63,268 bases of DNA, filler included, from Asterionella formosa (GCA_002256025.1; 9 parts of 9 records of this genome joined end to end with filler, not necessarily neighbours in it); one strand, 5' to 3'; shown: positions 11,025 to 25,185, numbered from the whole stretch's first letter. Notes: a model not told the origin generated them from the sequence alone. A program made the numbers and translations.

Positions 11025-11693
11025 GTGCTTTTTTCTGGTCCCAAAAGAGAAACAAACATCCCGCTCTTCCGATCTTGTTCAAGTAGTATGAAAGGCATTT
11101 CCAATCAAAAACAGGATTGGTTTGCCGAATGCTGCCTAACTCGGCTATACACAGCGAAACCGGAGTTTGGCAAAGAAGTGGAGAGTGACCCAAAGCTTGC
11201 CGATTTGACCATTGAATGTACCAACAAGGCATGTTTAGATTACATCAAATCAACATTTGGTGGCATGTGCATTAAAAAGTTGAGAGAATGTCAGAATGTA
11301 TTGAATAATCAATTTAAAGGAATCTTAGGTAAGTTCTTGCAGGGAGATGCTCCAAAAGCATCATGTTTTGAGCCGGTGATTATATTCTTATCAAATATGT
11401 TTCAATTAAAAAATGCTAACATAATTCATGACACACCAGCTGGTCTAACAGAATATAAATTCCAGACTATGGATATTGATGACTTTATTAGGTGGGCGTT
11501 GATGCTTTATCGTTTTGCGCAGTCAAAGGGATACCAAGCCTGGCGTGATGTTCTTGCTCCGGTGTATTTTATAGGCAAGACAAGCCGTGGAGAACCATTT
11601 TTAACAGGAGACAAATCTGGTGTGACCAAGCCAGATTTCAACTCAGTCTTCGGGCACAGTGTGAATTGCAAACACGTTTTGTTGGTTTGCTGA
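11025..11693 (+). CDS. Transposon-internal accessory ORF of unknown function (222 aa, probably a spliced exon)
   Basis: Long ORF inside the element, preceded by a candidate GTAAG...TTGCAG intron at ~10964-10995. Confidence 0.4.
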   Translation: MLFSGPKRETNIPLFRSCSSSMKGISNQKQDWFAECCLTRLYTAKPEFGKEVESDPKLADLTIECTNKACLDYIKSTFGGMCIKKLRECQNVLNNQFKGILGKFLQGDAPKASCFEPVIIFLSNMFQLKNANIIHDTPAGLTEYKFQTMDIDDFIRWALMLYRFAQSKGYQAWRDVLAPVYFIGKTSRGEPFLTGDKSGVTKPDFNSVFGHSVNCKHVLLVC

Positions 11694-11833
11694 TCAATGC
11701 CAGTACAGAAGCATTTTGCGTCTTAGAAGGATTATTTGGTGTAACTCCATTTGAGGTTCTTCATCAATTACTACTTGGAATATTTAAGTTCGCACAATTT
11801 GGAATCACTTAACTGTAGGACTATCCCTGAAGA

Positions 11834-13270
11834 ATGGACACGTTTTTTAAAGAAAGAAGATCTCCAGATATTCCAGAGAACATCTCTGATCATAAACGTA
11901 TCACTGAAACAACAGAAACTGCGTTTCTTGATCAAGAGCAGCCTAAGAATTGGGCAAAGACCAAAAAGGACACATGCACCAGTTACCAAAAATATCTACA
12001 CTGGCAAAAATCAAGACCCAACACTTGTACCAGCACCAGAAATGTATTTTCGAAACTATACTTCAAACAAAAATCTATATATGATATCAATAGTCATTTG
12101 GAAAGGCAAGACGATTGTGATATTCCAAAATTGTCATACAGATCTGGGGCGGATGACAGCTTTTTCAAAAATGTCAGGGCAAAGAAGTTTCCGGATAATG
12201 CCTATTCATTTTTTTTTCAATGGGTGGAATTATGGGCGGGATCAGAGAACATGCACCTAGAAAAAGTTTTCACATTGCTGTTATGGTTATGTATTTCTAT
12301 CAATGATACTTTATTTATACCGCAGAATACATCAACATGTATTGATATTTTAGAGGAAAGGGTTAAGAGATTTATGTCAGGTACTAAGATTATGATTGGT
12401 CCCCAACGGGAAATGTCATCTCAGATTGGCTTTCAAATGGCAAAATTTCATGGAATGAAACATTACCTTCATCTGATTAGGAAGTTTGGATCTCCTCTTA
12501 ATTTCTTTGGTGGATTTTTCGAGACTTTTTTGAAAGACAAATTGAAACGAGCGACCCAGTAAGCGTGTCAATGGACAGCCAATTACATCGATTAAAGCAT
12601 GACATTTTAACAAGGTCATGCGAAACAAGGCAGTTTTCGTTGGCAATGAAAAATTGTTTTTGCAAGTGATTCATTACATACATAAAACAAACAAAAGAAG
12701 ATGAGTAATGTGGTACATATCAATGTAACTGAGGGTATTTCAATAGAAATTGATTTCTAGGGAATGATCTAGGATACAAGGATGTTGCCTAGTATGCATG
12801 TCGCCTGATAATTTGGGAAAATCTCCTACCAAGATCCATGCACCTTCCTTTCCTGTTAAAGTTCAATTCGCTCTCTACTTCATTATCAAATGGTCAATGC
12901 ACTATAGCAGGTGTCCCTAATAAGGTTGGGAATGTATCACAGAATAAGGATGCACCCTTGTCTCAATTGGTTCATCCTGATTTACCAAAGGGGGCCAACT
13001 AGCTACGTAAAGAGCATTGCAAAATCAGCAATAGAAATCGCAAGAATAAAAAGTCTTGAAGATGGGGTTGGGCCTGAGCTGTTTCCATTGTAAGGAAAGA
13101 CTTTTATTATCATGTTAAAAATGAAAAAAATTCCCAGCCAAACTACTATTTTCAGATGCAATCCGAAATGTGATAATGATTCAAATGCAGGAATCTCAGG
13201 TCGTGAATGGTTTGACTGGGTTGAAGTGAACTGGGAGAAACGAGATGGATCAGGTTCCTATTTACTATTG
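11834..13270 (+). pseudogene. Plavaka-type transposase C-terminal remnant
   Basis: GFQMAKFHGMKHYLHLIRKFGSPLNFFGGFFETFLKDKLKRATQ and FRCNP...GREWFDWVEVNW match the K-x-H-x3-H...I-x2-FG-x3-N...E and W-x-DW-x2-V-x-W motifs of Plavaka/CMC transposases. The frame is interrupted by stops. Confidence 0.65.
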
Positions 13271-14110
13271 AACTTGTCCGCATCTTTGATACCATCAAGA
13301 CAGCGAAAGCAAGTGGCTCTCTTCATTGTTGTTTGCTTGTAGGAAATATTTGATATCCGTATTGTCATTTGCTTGTTGGAATTGTCTGTTGCCTCAAATC
13401 TGCTTGGCGTGTGAGTACACACACTGTTTACTTGTTTTCATTGGTAAGTTGTTCTTGTATTCACTGATGAACGTGCTTGTCTGCATCTTAGTGGCCATCA
13501 TTTTATTGACAAGTGGGTCGCTTCATTGTTGTTTGCTCCTGGAAAAGTCGGTGTTCGTGTCCGTGACCATGTGATGCTCATAATAGAGGGACAAGTGTCC
13601 TTCATATTTGCGGTTTGCTGCTGGAAAAATTGTTACCTGTGGTATCGTCATTCGCTTGTTGGAACCACTGTCTGTTGCGTCAAACCTGATTAGCATGTAT
13701 GTGAATGTGCACTGTCGACTTGTTTACATTACAGGAGTGACTTAGCTATCAAAGTGCATGTTATAATATCAAACTTCGGAGTAAGATGCAGAATTCTAAA
13801 GTTCCCAATCATCTCATCATGATTGATAAGATGATAATGTGATATCACGATAGGTTTGCATCGATACATACATCACCAAAGTATGATACGTAATATTGAA
13901 TAAAGTATATCACAGATCTATGATGCATTGTTCAAAGAAATGTGATGATTTCTTAAACTGTTTATGATATAATTTTGATCGAAATATGATTATGTTAAAA
14001 TAATACTATGNNNNNNNNNNNNNNNNNNNNNNNNNNNNNNNNNNNNNNNNNNNNTTAATTAATTAANNNNNNNNNNNNNNNNNNNNNNNNNNNNNNNNNN
14101 NNNNNNNNNN

Positions 14111-16996
14111 TTGTTTCATGAATTTGGTCATGCCTTTTAAAACCGGTACCAGGGTTTTTTGTAGTTTACCTTTGTACACAGTGCTAGTTGACTGCTAGTA
14201 CACTAGCTTTCACTACGGTCTTAAAAGGTTGCACTGGTTGAATTTTTTGCATGTACCACCCTGGTACTGGTACCTGGTAAGGCATGTGTTGCTGGTGAGT
14301 GCTTTTGGGTACGACTCGTACCTGTACCTGTACCTGTGTACCTGGTGAACTTGCTGTGTTATGTTTAGGGATTATACTAATGGTAAAACATCATAAATTA
14401 AAATAAACTTGAACATCAGTACAATTAAACATCAGCATAGCAACAAGCAATGTTGACCAGGAGAGTAAATGAACTGACACATTCCCATGCTTACAAAAAT
14501 GTACTTATTTCTATGATGTTGTACAGGGAGGTTATGGCAAATAGCCAATGATAGTAGTACTAAAAGCTATGAGTTTAGTGTAGTAGAGGAGCCTGGGGAA
14601 AACAAAGATGATGATCAAACACTTGGCCAGTATTCTTCCATTAACTATTACTGCAAAAAAGGCAATGTAGTATTTTATGCCACATTTTCTTTTCACTTGG
14701 AATGTAATTACCCACAGTGGAAATTCAACAATGTTATGTGCCTGCTGTCAATGACCTTGTCATCAAAAAGGCCATAAAACAGAATATGTATGCAGACAAG
14801 ACAAGGGAAAATTACAAGCAAGGCAGCCTCTAGAGTCTAACATTTAGCAAGGTTTCAATCATGATGGTCATCCTTTTCTCATTCAAGTATAAAATATCCA
14901 ATTCATCAATGGTATGAGCTGCCTGTGTGTGTGTTGTGTCTGTCAATTCCATGTGGTCAGCCAAATTGACAATTGCTTCCAACTAACAAGAATACTAACT
15001 GCAAATATTCGACTCGACTCCTTGTCGCTCTGATGGCCAAGCTGCATCTGTGGTGTTGAACGCAAATTCTAAGGACAAGAGGGATTCCGCGCCAAGCCAG
15101 GTTCTCATTGATTGCATCCCTGTCAAAAGGCAGTTGTTTTCTCATTTCCTTGGCCATTATCCTGAGACAGATTGTATGGACCAATGCAATAACCCAAAAA
15201 ACAGTGGGTTTTCTGCTAAGAACTGACAATCCAGCGAATGCTAAAGAAAGACTTAGACAATTCTGCAAGATGATGTGTATGCAGGAAAATCATGAGTTTT
15301 GAAAATTGAACAATGGTAAATTGTCAAACAGGATCTCTAAGTAATCATTAACACATACAAGTTGAAATGAATGCTCCTGAGATGATAATTGTTTGAAAGA
15401 GATTCGCACATATCGTGGTGGTCAGCGCTGGGCAGTGTTCCTGACAAAGTTGCTTTTGCTGCAACAAATGCCAACAGCAACCCAAAATGGAAATGTCAGC
15501 CATATGCTATCAAGGCGATCAATCCTAAACAAGTTCAGAGGTAACAAACAGAGTTGAACGATTAAAACGAGTGAGCTAAAAAGTTTTTTAATCTATTTTC
15601 GATCGCTTGGTTGAGCTGCTGGGCTTGGAAAAATGATGATGTGAGCCCTGTATGTCATTGTGAACTTTTCTAGTCACCTAGCCAGAGTACCCATGATGTG
15701 CAAGACATCGGGTATTATAAACCATTCTTATTTTATTTGTTTCAAGTTCAATGCTGACTTTGAGACTGACTAAGTATATATTACTTGCTCATGAATTCCT
15801 GGTTACTAGTAGAGCATAAATTCTACTTTCTTCGTAGAGGTGACCGTTTAACCATAAGGAAATCACTGTATCATGATATTCTACTTCGAATTCAAACATT
15901 GTAATAAGTGTTCTGAAATGTGTGGTTATTCCTTGTACTAGGCTAAATGTTAGTTGAACATGTCTATAACTGATGAACCATATATCTGGGTTGGTTTACA
16001 TAGTAGCCACACTAGCTATCCCTATACTATGTCAGATCCATTCTTGAGCTAGCTAAAGTTCTACTTTAGTAGAGCTTTTGGAATAGTCAACATTTGCTAT
16101 GTTTGTTGTAACTATTTAAATAGCATTATGTGTACGCTACCCAGCCAAGCAATGTACCATAGGTCCACCATGTCACACAGCTTGCTCTAGAAACCAACAA
16201 ACCAACAATCAAGCAGGTATTGCGGACAAACAAGCAAACATGGATGTGGATCCTGATAATGAAAGAAACCTTCCAAGGCACCAAAACTATATTTGTTCTT
16301 TGGTAAGAATGGGAAGTTGGAATCACCGAAAAAAAACCAGAAAGGCTACTATTTACAAGCAGCAGGGCAGGGAGGATGAGGAAATATGCATCTACTATCA
16401 GCAGGCGCAAGGTTGTCTGGGATGCAGTGGCGACTCTAGCTAGTTTGAGTGGGTAGATGGCACATCTAGCCCTGTATTAAATCTATGAGACATGTGGTTT
16501 GGATAAGATTGTTACTCACATTCTCGTCAACCAAATGTTGAAAGGTTGCAGTGGTGGTGGGCATCCACAACTACAGCCATGTTAAGCTAGATAAATGCGT
16601 ATACTACTAAATAATTACATAAATGCTTACTATATTAAATTCAAATTTCATTTTCAATGTACTGTACCTTGTTATTTCATTGCCTGCTTCTTCCCGGTAT
16701 AAATACCAGACCAGTTGAATCAGCATTACACACAACGACGCTAGCAAAATCCGGCAACACCAGGTGCTGGTACCTGGTACATACCGTAGTGCCACGTACC
16801 GGTACGGTACCAGGCTACTTCATGCATTGTAACAGCATCGCCCCTGGTAACCCTGGTACCAGCACGGTGGCACCGCCCACTCACACACAGTGCATGCTTT
16901 GTACGTGCATCATGATAGTTAACTAGTGCGCTAGCTTCCACTACAACAAAAAATGGTAGTATTGGGGGTAGAATTAATTGTCAATACTGGCACAGT
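14111..16996 (+). mobile_element. Degenerate CryptonS-like element, family A, longest copy (recombinase remnant ~14500-15520)
   Basis: Remnants KKAM*YFMPHFLFTWNVITHSGNST, PAVNDLVIKK, QARQPLE, NSKDKRDSAPSQVLI, CFLISLAIIL, GSLSNH and TYRGG parallel the family-B recombinase motif order. It ends TTGTCAATACTGGCACAGT. Confidence 0.7.
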
Positions 16997-18759
16997 AACG
17001 CTACATACCGGTGATCATGTGTACAGGTATTACTGGTATTTTTGGATAGTTACGATTCCAAGAGGGATAACTGCAGTTTCTCTCCAGAAATGAGGTCCTC
17101 AGCAAATCCGAAGATAGAACATACCCCTAGTATACCGGTAGTACTCGGAGTACCTGCAAGTTGCGTTACCGGTAGTTTTCCTTTCTTCGTGTGCCACCGG
17201 TACACATTTCTAAAACCGACAGATATTTCACGACTCGGCTGCCGTACAGAAATCAATGTACCGCTACAGGTAACAGTCGTATGCACATGCATCATGACGC
17301 CCTTTGTTGAGAAGTTAATTAATAGCAACCTCATGGAGTTCAATCATCACTTAAATAATTCAAACAATCATGTTCTTTTGTTCTTTAGTATGCATGTCTA
17401 TCTAACCGACCTGATTTATCAGCTTGCAACAAATGGTGAACTCCCGCTGACAACTAATAAATCGTGACATGGCTGGTGACAGAGCGAGGCTCAGTCGTTT
17501 CCATGCAACAATAAAAAAATTCCTGGAGACACAAGCATTAAGATTGATTATATTAGGCGAATACATTCGAAGGAATGTTATAGCAAGGAGAACAGGGTGG
17601 TTAATCGATGATTGCTAGCAATCAATAGGACTCGAATTTGGCAGAATTGAAGGCGAAAACAACATGCAAACTCGTCTATAATATGGTTAACAGAATTGAT
17701 CAGACAAATATGTAGTCAAACTAACATTAACAAGGCTATAACTTCTATTCGTCAACATTCTAATTTAAAAAGTATTGCCACAGATGCAATGAGCTGTTAG
17801 AATGGTAGCTGCTTTACCAACATGCAACTGACGCTAAATACTACAACACTAAGTTTACTTACAACTTTGCTGAAGAGCTAGTAAGTATATATCAGAGATC
17901 GACAACGCAGCATGGGGTTGATTGCTTTAATGAGCGATTGTTGCTTTATACTGCAGAAATGACAAAGGGGAACTGTGGCAAACTGTAGACCGATCATATG
18001 GTTTCGCAATATTTAATGACAAGGACAAGAAAAAGTTCATGCCGACAAGATTCTATCATCACACACTAGTACGTACTGACGTGTATGTATGCGCATCCAT
18101 CAGGTACCTGGTACCAGGTACCGGTATTACTCCAAACAAATAAAATTCATACCGTCCACTATTATTCTCTTTTTATCTACCAGTACATACATCTCCACGT
18201 CCGATATTTATATAGGATGTGCTCCTGATTAGTCCAGATATTTGGAGTAAATCTGCTCTGCTCTTCCCAGGACAATATAGTACAGGGGGGGGGGGCTACA
18301 GGTAGTATTCTGAGTAGATCCTTCCTATACAGAAAAACCTACCTAAGCAAGGCCTTGTGGTTACATGATGCATTGATTATAATGAAGCAGTATGACTTAG
18401 TAAGCAATGTCTACAATAGTCCCACAAGCTGGTGCAACAAGGGAGCTGTACTCTAACGCTAGTCTATTGAGTGACTAGAGTATAGCACTCCCACTACTAG
18501 AAGATTACTCCATCAGACAAGTAGTAAGTGAGTGGGACGGACAAATGAGTGCAGTGATTGATACAACGAGGAGTGACCAAACAACTTGCTCGATATGTGA
18601 GTTTTTCTGTCGTAAATATTCCTAACCCTCTCTCCTCTCAGACGGCTGAAATACTGCAGATGGTCCCGATGAAAACTTAAGAATGTGATATCCTGCCCCA
18701 CTGGTCAAGTTGAGTGCCAATGAATAAAATAGATATTTAACCCATCTCCATGTTGTTAT

Positions 18760-20343
18760 TCAAAAGTTAGTCCAACCAGTTGCACTTGATTCATTGAATG
18801 CAACAGATGCCCAAAGGGACGCATCCTGGTCAAAAATTTCCCAATCTGGCTGTTGTTGCTTTGTCACACAGTTGATTAATACTTTTGGATTTGATCTCAG
18901 TATTCCATAAATCGTCCGCATGTATTGCAAATCTTGTTTTAAAACATTCTTGACGTGTGTTGTTAGTGATCGCTTTGATGCTGGCAGAGGACCTTGCCTT
19001 CTGGCGGACTCCCCCGCAGCAACAGCAGCTATCATGAAGGGGTATAATCGAGATCTCGAAGAGGCAAGAGAAACGGCTTCTGGGTACGCCCGGACCAGTT
19101 TTCGGACCCCACTGTCCCATGTCGTGCCACTAGCCACGGCCAACTCAAGTGGGACTTGCAAAAATCGATTTGGCGTTTTCGCGGCTTCTGGATACTCTGC
19201 TAAGAGAGAGGCGATTGCCATGCTCTTTCGCGACGGGATGACAGGGTCAGTGGACGCAACATCTTCTTCACAAGGCCAAGAGCATACTTCATGAAGTGGC
19301 AAATTCCCATCATCCCCATGCATTTCATCAATTTGCCGAATTTGCACGGGAAAGGCGTGCATCGCAAGTGTCAAAATTGGAAGGGGGCAACCAACCAGTC
19401 CTGCGGCTGCTTGCAATACACAGAACCTGGTACCCTTCTTTTTGTGTCGAAGAGTCCCATACTTTAGTAACAAGATCGTCCATCGCCATACCCACCAGTC
19501 CGTCATGCGCCTTACGAGCTCCTTTGATTGTTCGTGTGAACGCGATGACAGCGGCTTCTTACTCTTCTTAATGTCATCGGCTGACACGTATTCCAAAAAA
19601 GCTGAAGAATTGCATCGATAGAGTAATTCAATGGGCCCTGATACTTTATCTCTTGAAACTCTGACTTGGGCCAATGATGGGTCATGTTCGAGGAGGCAGC
19701 GCAGCACAACGGTGTTGGTCCGTCCTGAAAATGGGTCTTCTTTTGCAGGTAGATTTTGGGAAAAGCTTACGATGTGCACGTCCAGAGCCGAGAGGCCACC
19801 AGCTGTTGCAACCCTCGAGGACGTAGGTGCTTTCGCGAGCAGCACACGGACCAGAGCTTCGGCATCATCAAGGTCGTACCGGTCATCAACTACCAAACAC
19901 GCGTAATGAAGAGGCGTGTATGTGTTCATGTGACAAACTCGACAAGCGGCCGCTGGATACGCCGAGAGAATTTGTTCCAGTAATTCTAACGGGCACTTCT
20001 GTAAACGTTCAGCTACGTCGTCCGGGGTAGTGCTTGATTTATTGATGGTCTCTTCGACAGAGAATCCTGTTCTCGACATGACGGCTAAATGAAGGACTGT
20101 TGTTCCATCTCTTGGGTGAGAGTATACAGCATTTTCTGGATGGCACGAAATGTTGTCCGCTACCTTCTGCCAAGCATGTTCCTGAGCGTGTCGATAGAGG
20201 GCAGGTACAGCTTCGTCCGACAAAAAGCTTTTACTACTCTTCTTCGTCCTTCTAGCGTAAGCGCTGCTTCGCTCTTTTTCTGGTGCGCGCGGTGATTGAC
20301 TGGTATAGGTATCCGCATGCTCAATAACGGTCATGATCATCAT
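18760..20343 (-). CDS. Ankyrin-repeat-like protein (diatom type), 527 aa
   Basis: Intact ORF with GTTVLHLAV, TYTPLHYAC, GLSALDVH, GNLPLHEVC, VPLELAV and RLYPFMIAA motifs. Confidence 0.85.
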   Translation of the reverse strand: MMIMTVIEHADTYTSQSPRAPEKERSSAYARRTKKSSKSFLSDEAVPALYRHAQEHAWQKVADNISCHPENAVYSHPRDGTTVLHLAVMSRTGFSVEETINKSSTTPDDVAERLQKCPLELLEQILSAYPAAACRVCHMNTYTPLHYACLVVDDRYDLDDAEALVRVLLAKAPTSSRVATAGGLSALDVHIVSFSQNLPAKEDPFSGRTNTVVLRCLLEHDPSLAQVRVSRDKVSGPIELLYRCNSSAFLEYVSADDIKKSKKPLSSRSHEQSKELVRRMTDWWVWRWTILLLKYGTLRHKKKGTRFCVLQAAAGLVGCPLPILTLAMHAFPVQIRQIDEMHGDDGNLPLHEVCSWPCEEDVASTDPVIPSRKSMAIASLLAEYPEAAKTPNRFLQVPLELAVASGTTWDSGVRKLVRAYPEAVSLASSRSRLYPFMIAAVAAGESARRQGPLPASKRSLTTHVKNVLKQDLQYMRTIYGILRSNPKVLINCVTKQQQPDWEIFDQDASLWASVAFNESSATGWTNF

Positions 20344-20732
20344 TAAAGGAAAATGTTGGAATTTGAAATCTCAGCTGTGTTGCTCGCGAAATTGTTGATG
20401 CCGCTTAGAGGAAATACCGGGTCCCCAGGGCTTCAAGTCTAGAGGGAATAATTACGGCACTGACAAGAGTGAACAGTCTCAGTTCTTCTTCTGGTGCTTC
20501 AATAGTGAAAGTTTGAATAATGGAAGAGTTCAAATGCGCGATAGAAAGAAACACGATGGGATACACGAAGTAACAAGCACCGATGGTGTCAAGGCTACTT
20601 GGCTTCCTGTATCATAGACGAAACATACCGATTTAGCCGTGATAGCATCGGAAAAGTACAGACTCTATTAGTTAGCTACCGGTATATGATGGGAGTTGAC
20701 AAAAAAATATGTACGTAATAAGGTTCCTCTTA

Positions 20733-20880
20733 GGGCTACCGAAAATTCCCTGGAACTACACATTTCTATGGAATAATTCTGGATGACATGATTTCATTTG
20801 AAATATTTAAATCAGTGGAAATTTGCTCGTGTTTAGACAGATTCCTTTTCGAAACCACTAAATATATGAATATACAGTCT
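20733..20880 (+). mobile_element. End of a PIF/Harbinger-like MITE family (family Y); other copies at 55915-56065 (-) and 60246-60400 (+)
   Basis: All three copies begin CTTA|GGG(C/T)T...AAATTCCCTGGAA and share TTTGAAAT.TTT.AATCA.TGGAAATTTGC. The TTA flank fits a Harbinger target. Confidence 0.55.
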
Positions 20881-21154
20881 ACCGGTATATACATACTCGA
20901 TTCTTACTACGCTGGTAGGACCCTGGCTCTATGGTACATCAGTTGGTTCGAATTGGTCGTCTCGCTGTCGATTTTTTATTGATGTATACCGGTACATACC
21001 GGCGTATAATATCATGCATGTAATACTTGTATGTATTATGGACACTCTCTAAAANNNNNNNNNNNNNNNNNNNNNNNNNNNNNNNNNNNNNNNNNNNNTT
21101 AATTAATTAANNNNNNNNNNNNNNNNNNNNNNNNNNNNNNNNNNNNNNNNNNNN

Positions 21155-24100
21155 CAATCAACAAAATGCACCAATCAAGCAGAAGGGAGAAGACGCCAAT
21201 ACCACTACGCAAGGAATGTTCGTGGTGACGTGTATTGAGGCAAGGTACAATGAAGAGGTAAATCATACATGCGTGCATAAGGACCGTTGGCTACTAGACA
21301 GTGGTGCTACGGTACATATATGCAATGATGAGCACATCATGGAGGACAAGCGCGCAGTGCGTGAAACTGTTCTTGTGGGAAACGGCGCAGCAATTGTTGT
21401 GACCATATCAGGCACAGTGACCCTTACGACGACAGACAAAGGAAAAGTGTTGAAACTCACCAATGTGCTCTATGCACCGGAGTTCAAGCAGAACATCATC
21501 AGCATTTCGAGAATTATTGACAAGGGAAATAAAGTTATGTTTGACGATGATAAGATGACGATCAGAAACAACAACGGATTTTTGATCTGCTGCAAACGTG
21601 ATGAAACGAGGACGATTGGCGCAATGTACCATGTGCAAGGAACGCCTATTTTAAAGGAAACGGTGTTGGAGGTTGAACAAGAAAGCGAGGAGCCAACACA
21701 ACAATCTATCGACTATGATAAAGAATACAAGAGTGAATGGACGAAAGTCGACGAAAAGAAGAAGACAACGAAAGCGATTAGTGAAACGATCGAGAAAAGA
21801 AACGCGAACGAAAATAATGATGTGATAGTGGAAATAAATGAAGGGCATGAAATGCTCGGACATGTGGGAGAAAAATGTCTTCTTGAGACATCGAAATTAT
21901 TTGGGTGGAAACTTGTGGGAAATTTAAAGGTGTGCGCAGGATTCGCAGCAGCCAAGGCGAAAGCACGCGCAGTACCCAAGATGACGCAAGAGAAGGCTAC
22001 GACACCAGGAGAAAGACTGTTTATTGATATTAGCGGACCCTACGCAAAATCCGCTGTGGGAAATCAGTATTGGGTGATGGTCGTGGACGATTATACAAGG
22101 AAACGCTGGAGTTATTTTATCAAGAAGAAAAGTGACATCGGAACTGTCATTGAAGCGTTACTTACAAAACTTGCAGGTGCAGGACACAAGACTAAATTTG
22201 TCCGATGTGATGACGCAGGTGAGAACTCCAAGCAACTAAAGAAAGTATGTGAAAACCAAGGTGTCAAGATGGAATTCACGGCACCTCATACTCCGCAGCA
22301 CAATGGTGTTGTGGAACGTGGTTTTGTTACAGTGCGTCAGAGAGCACTCGCTATGATGCTAAGTGCGAAGTTTACAGATGAATATCAGGGGCTATTGTGG
22401 GCAGAAGCGGTACATACTGCGACAAGATTGACGAACAGTACAGTGAATTCAGTGACTTAGAAGAGTCCTGATGATGTGTTCTATGGGGAAACGAATGCAA
22501 GGCGGCCCTACAAGCTCTACAGGCAATTTGGACGTGTTGGTTGGGTTACTATAAGAGAAGGTGTCAAGAAATTAGATGCACGTTCCATCAAGTGTGTCTT
22601 TTTGGGATACTCAGACGATCACTCTCAAGATACGTTTCGCATGTATAATCACGAGACAAATACTGTGGTCAATACACGTGACGTAAAGTGGAGTGAGTGG
22701 CATGGAACAAACGTACCAACGGATGGACTAGAGAAAATGTTCAAACCAGTCACCAACCAACAGGATACGGAGATATCAGTACGAGAAGATAATGAAGAAT
22801 TGCATGACGATTTTTATGACGAATTCGAACCTGGAGAAGTGTCCGATAATGAAGATGAAGATGATGACAAGCAAGAATTAGGGAGGAAAACTGAACAATC
22901 AACTAAGATAGATGGTACTACGAAATACGAAGATACAGGTACCAATACCCCAATTATGAAGGCTAAACATGCGGAAAGTGCTCAGGCTAAGCAAGCGAAG
23001 TTGGCACGTGAAATGCGAAGATTGGACTCATCGTTCAATCCTACGAATACGAAAGTTGTGAAATTTTCGGGAGATACTAGTAAGATACCTAGTGTTATCG
23101 AGGAGGATAAAATGAAGGAAATTACGAAGAATACACAGGTGAATTTAGTGTACAACGCAAGTCTGGCTTCTGATCCAGGATTACCAACAAGCTATGATGA
23201 AGCAATGGCAAGACCAGACAAGAAAGAGTGGATCAATGCGATCAACAAAGAATATGAAAACTTCCAGTCGAGAGGAGTGTGGAAAGTTGTCAAGCGTGAC
23301 ACTGTTCAGAAGCGAACACTAAAAACGAGATGGGTGTTTCGAATTAAAGAAGATGTGTTAACCGGGAAGACCATTTACAAGGCAAGATTGGTCGTGAAGG
23401 GATATGAGCAAATCCCAGGTGTCGATTTTACTGAGACATTTGCTCCAGTTGCAAGCGATGCGACAATCAAAACGGTACTCGCAGTGACGATGTACAATGG
23501 TTGGCGAGCGGAGGCTATTGATGTGGAAGCAGCATTCCTAAATGCTGACGTCGATGAGGACATTTATATTGAGCCCCCTCAAGGTTTGATCGGAGTCGAT
23601 TCCGATACACATGTTTGCAAGCTTGTGAAGGCTATGTACGGGATAGTACAAGCTCCACGATGCTGGTCCAAGACGTTTGCGAAGTGTGTCACCAACAAAT
23701 CAGGTATGACAAAGAGCAAGATCGACCCTATGTTATTTATACACCGGAACAAGGAGGGACAAATTGATGGTCTACTTGTTAATTACGTGGATGACGGTAT
23801 TGTATGTGGGACTCCAAGTGCAGTGGAGTATATGAAAAATGTCATCAACGAAGATTTCAATATTACCGAGCAGGGTATTCTACAGAAACACCTAGGAGTG
23901 GAATATGCTTGGAAAGAGGACAAGTATGGTGAATACTGGGAGGTGCAGATGCAGAAATTCCGTATGCAACTCCTACACGAATACGAGAATTTGACCGGAA
24001 TGAAAATTAAGTCGTACGCAACGCCGGGCGTACCAGGAAAGACATTGAACAAGAATGACGGTGAAGTCATTATGGAAGGAGAATATCGAAAAATTGTGGG

Positions 24101-25185
24101 CAAGTTACTATGGTCTACAAAGAAGGATTCGTCGGACTGTGCGAATGCGGTTCGGGATTTATCGGCTCATTTAAGCTGCCCAGGTGAAGAACAATGGCAT
24201 GCAGTGGCAAGAGTCATTGGTTACCCATCCAATATGGAGGATAGAGTTCTCAAGTTGCGTAAGCCAAAAGAGTTAAGAGTTATTGCCTACGTGGACAGTG
24301 ACTGGGCTGCTAATAAGGTTAACAGGAAGAGCACGACTGGCTATCTTGTTACTATTGGCGGGGCACTTATCAGTTGGCAGTCGAAAGGACAACAAACGGT
24401 TACGTTGTCCAAGCATGGAAGCCGAGTATGTGGCGATGTCCCAGTGTGGACAAGAGATCAAGTTCATAGCAATGCTACTGAATGAGGTTACTGGGGGTAA
24501 GGTCATGTGACCAAGTATCCTACGAGAAGACAATACAGGAGCTATTTTTATCGCGAAGAATCAGCAAATCGGAACCAGGACAAAACACATTGATATTAAG
24601 TATCATCATGTAAAGGACATGATTGAGGATGAAGAATTGGAAGTCATTTTTATAAGGTCCGAAGATAATTTTGCGGACATTATGACTAAGAACGTGAAGG
24701 AACAGATTCACACGAGATTGTCCGAACCAGTTCAGAGTGGAACGATGTTACAGCCTCTTGAGCGTGGCAATGGGGAGGATGTCAAGAATATTAGCCCGAG
24801 TCACAAGGATTGTGGACTCGATTGTAATCGAACGAGTCGTATATTGCATTGCCACGTCAATCAGCTGTCTAACAAGATCAAAGATTGAAGATTTCTATGG
24901 AAATGTTAAGTGGAAACTCGAAGAGAGTCTTAGAACGGCTTTGCGGGAAGCAAAGATGCATGGAAAGGAAACATTTAGTTTAGCTTATAATTTAATTTGA
25001 GTTTTAGATTATCAACCGAGGAAACAGTGTGTTAATTGACAGGAAGGTCAATTAGTCTATCTAGCAGGAAGGCTAGAAGCAGAGACAAGAGAGAAAGTAA
25101 GTGGTACTAGGTAGTACTACGAGCACGTAAGAGTCTACGTGAAGAGAGACCCAGCCCGCGGGAAGGAGTACGGACCATTTCAACA
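21155..25185 (+). mobile_element. Ty1/Copia LTR retrotransposon (PR-IN-RT-RH plus 3' LTR), 5' end cut by the contig, mildly disrupted
   Basis: Protease WLLDSGAT; integrase H-x3-GH...D..VDDY...RCDDAGE...PQHNGVVER; RT YKARLVVKGY/DVEAAFL/YVDDG; RNase H YVDSDWA...RKSTTG...EAEY...EDN...RTKHIDIKYH. Premature TAG at 22458, frameshift ~24410, TGA ~24508. Confidence 0.95.
24780..25185 (+). repeat. 3' LTR (TGTCAAG...TTCAACA), preceded by polypurine tract AATGGGGAGGA
   Basis: TG...CA ends, adjacent PPT, and homology to the LTR at 33065-33443. Confidence 0.9.

Larger units (their letters stand above)
8908..14010 (+). mobile_element. Plavaka/CMC-like DNA transposon, degenerate
   Basis: 8908-10770 is an inverted copy of 28480-30361, with a sharp shared boundary CGTCTG(C/T)AAATAAAAAG. 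ATGAT/ATCAT-rich subterminal zones lie at 8925-9300 and 13800-14010. Internal transposase fragments are present. Confidence 0.65.

Noticed and set aside
17042..17467. 141-aa ORF and the antisense ORFs over the ankyrin, Copia and RING genes
   Set aside because: No recognisable motifs; they are shadow frames or chance ORFs.
22458..22460. TAG between integrase and RT as programmed readthrough
   Set aside because: The sister element has AAA (Lys) at the same codon (~31771), and this copy has other lesions, so it is a nonsense mutation.
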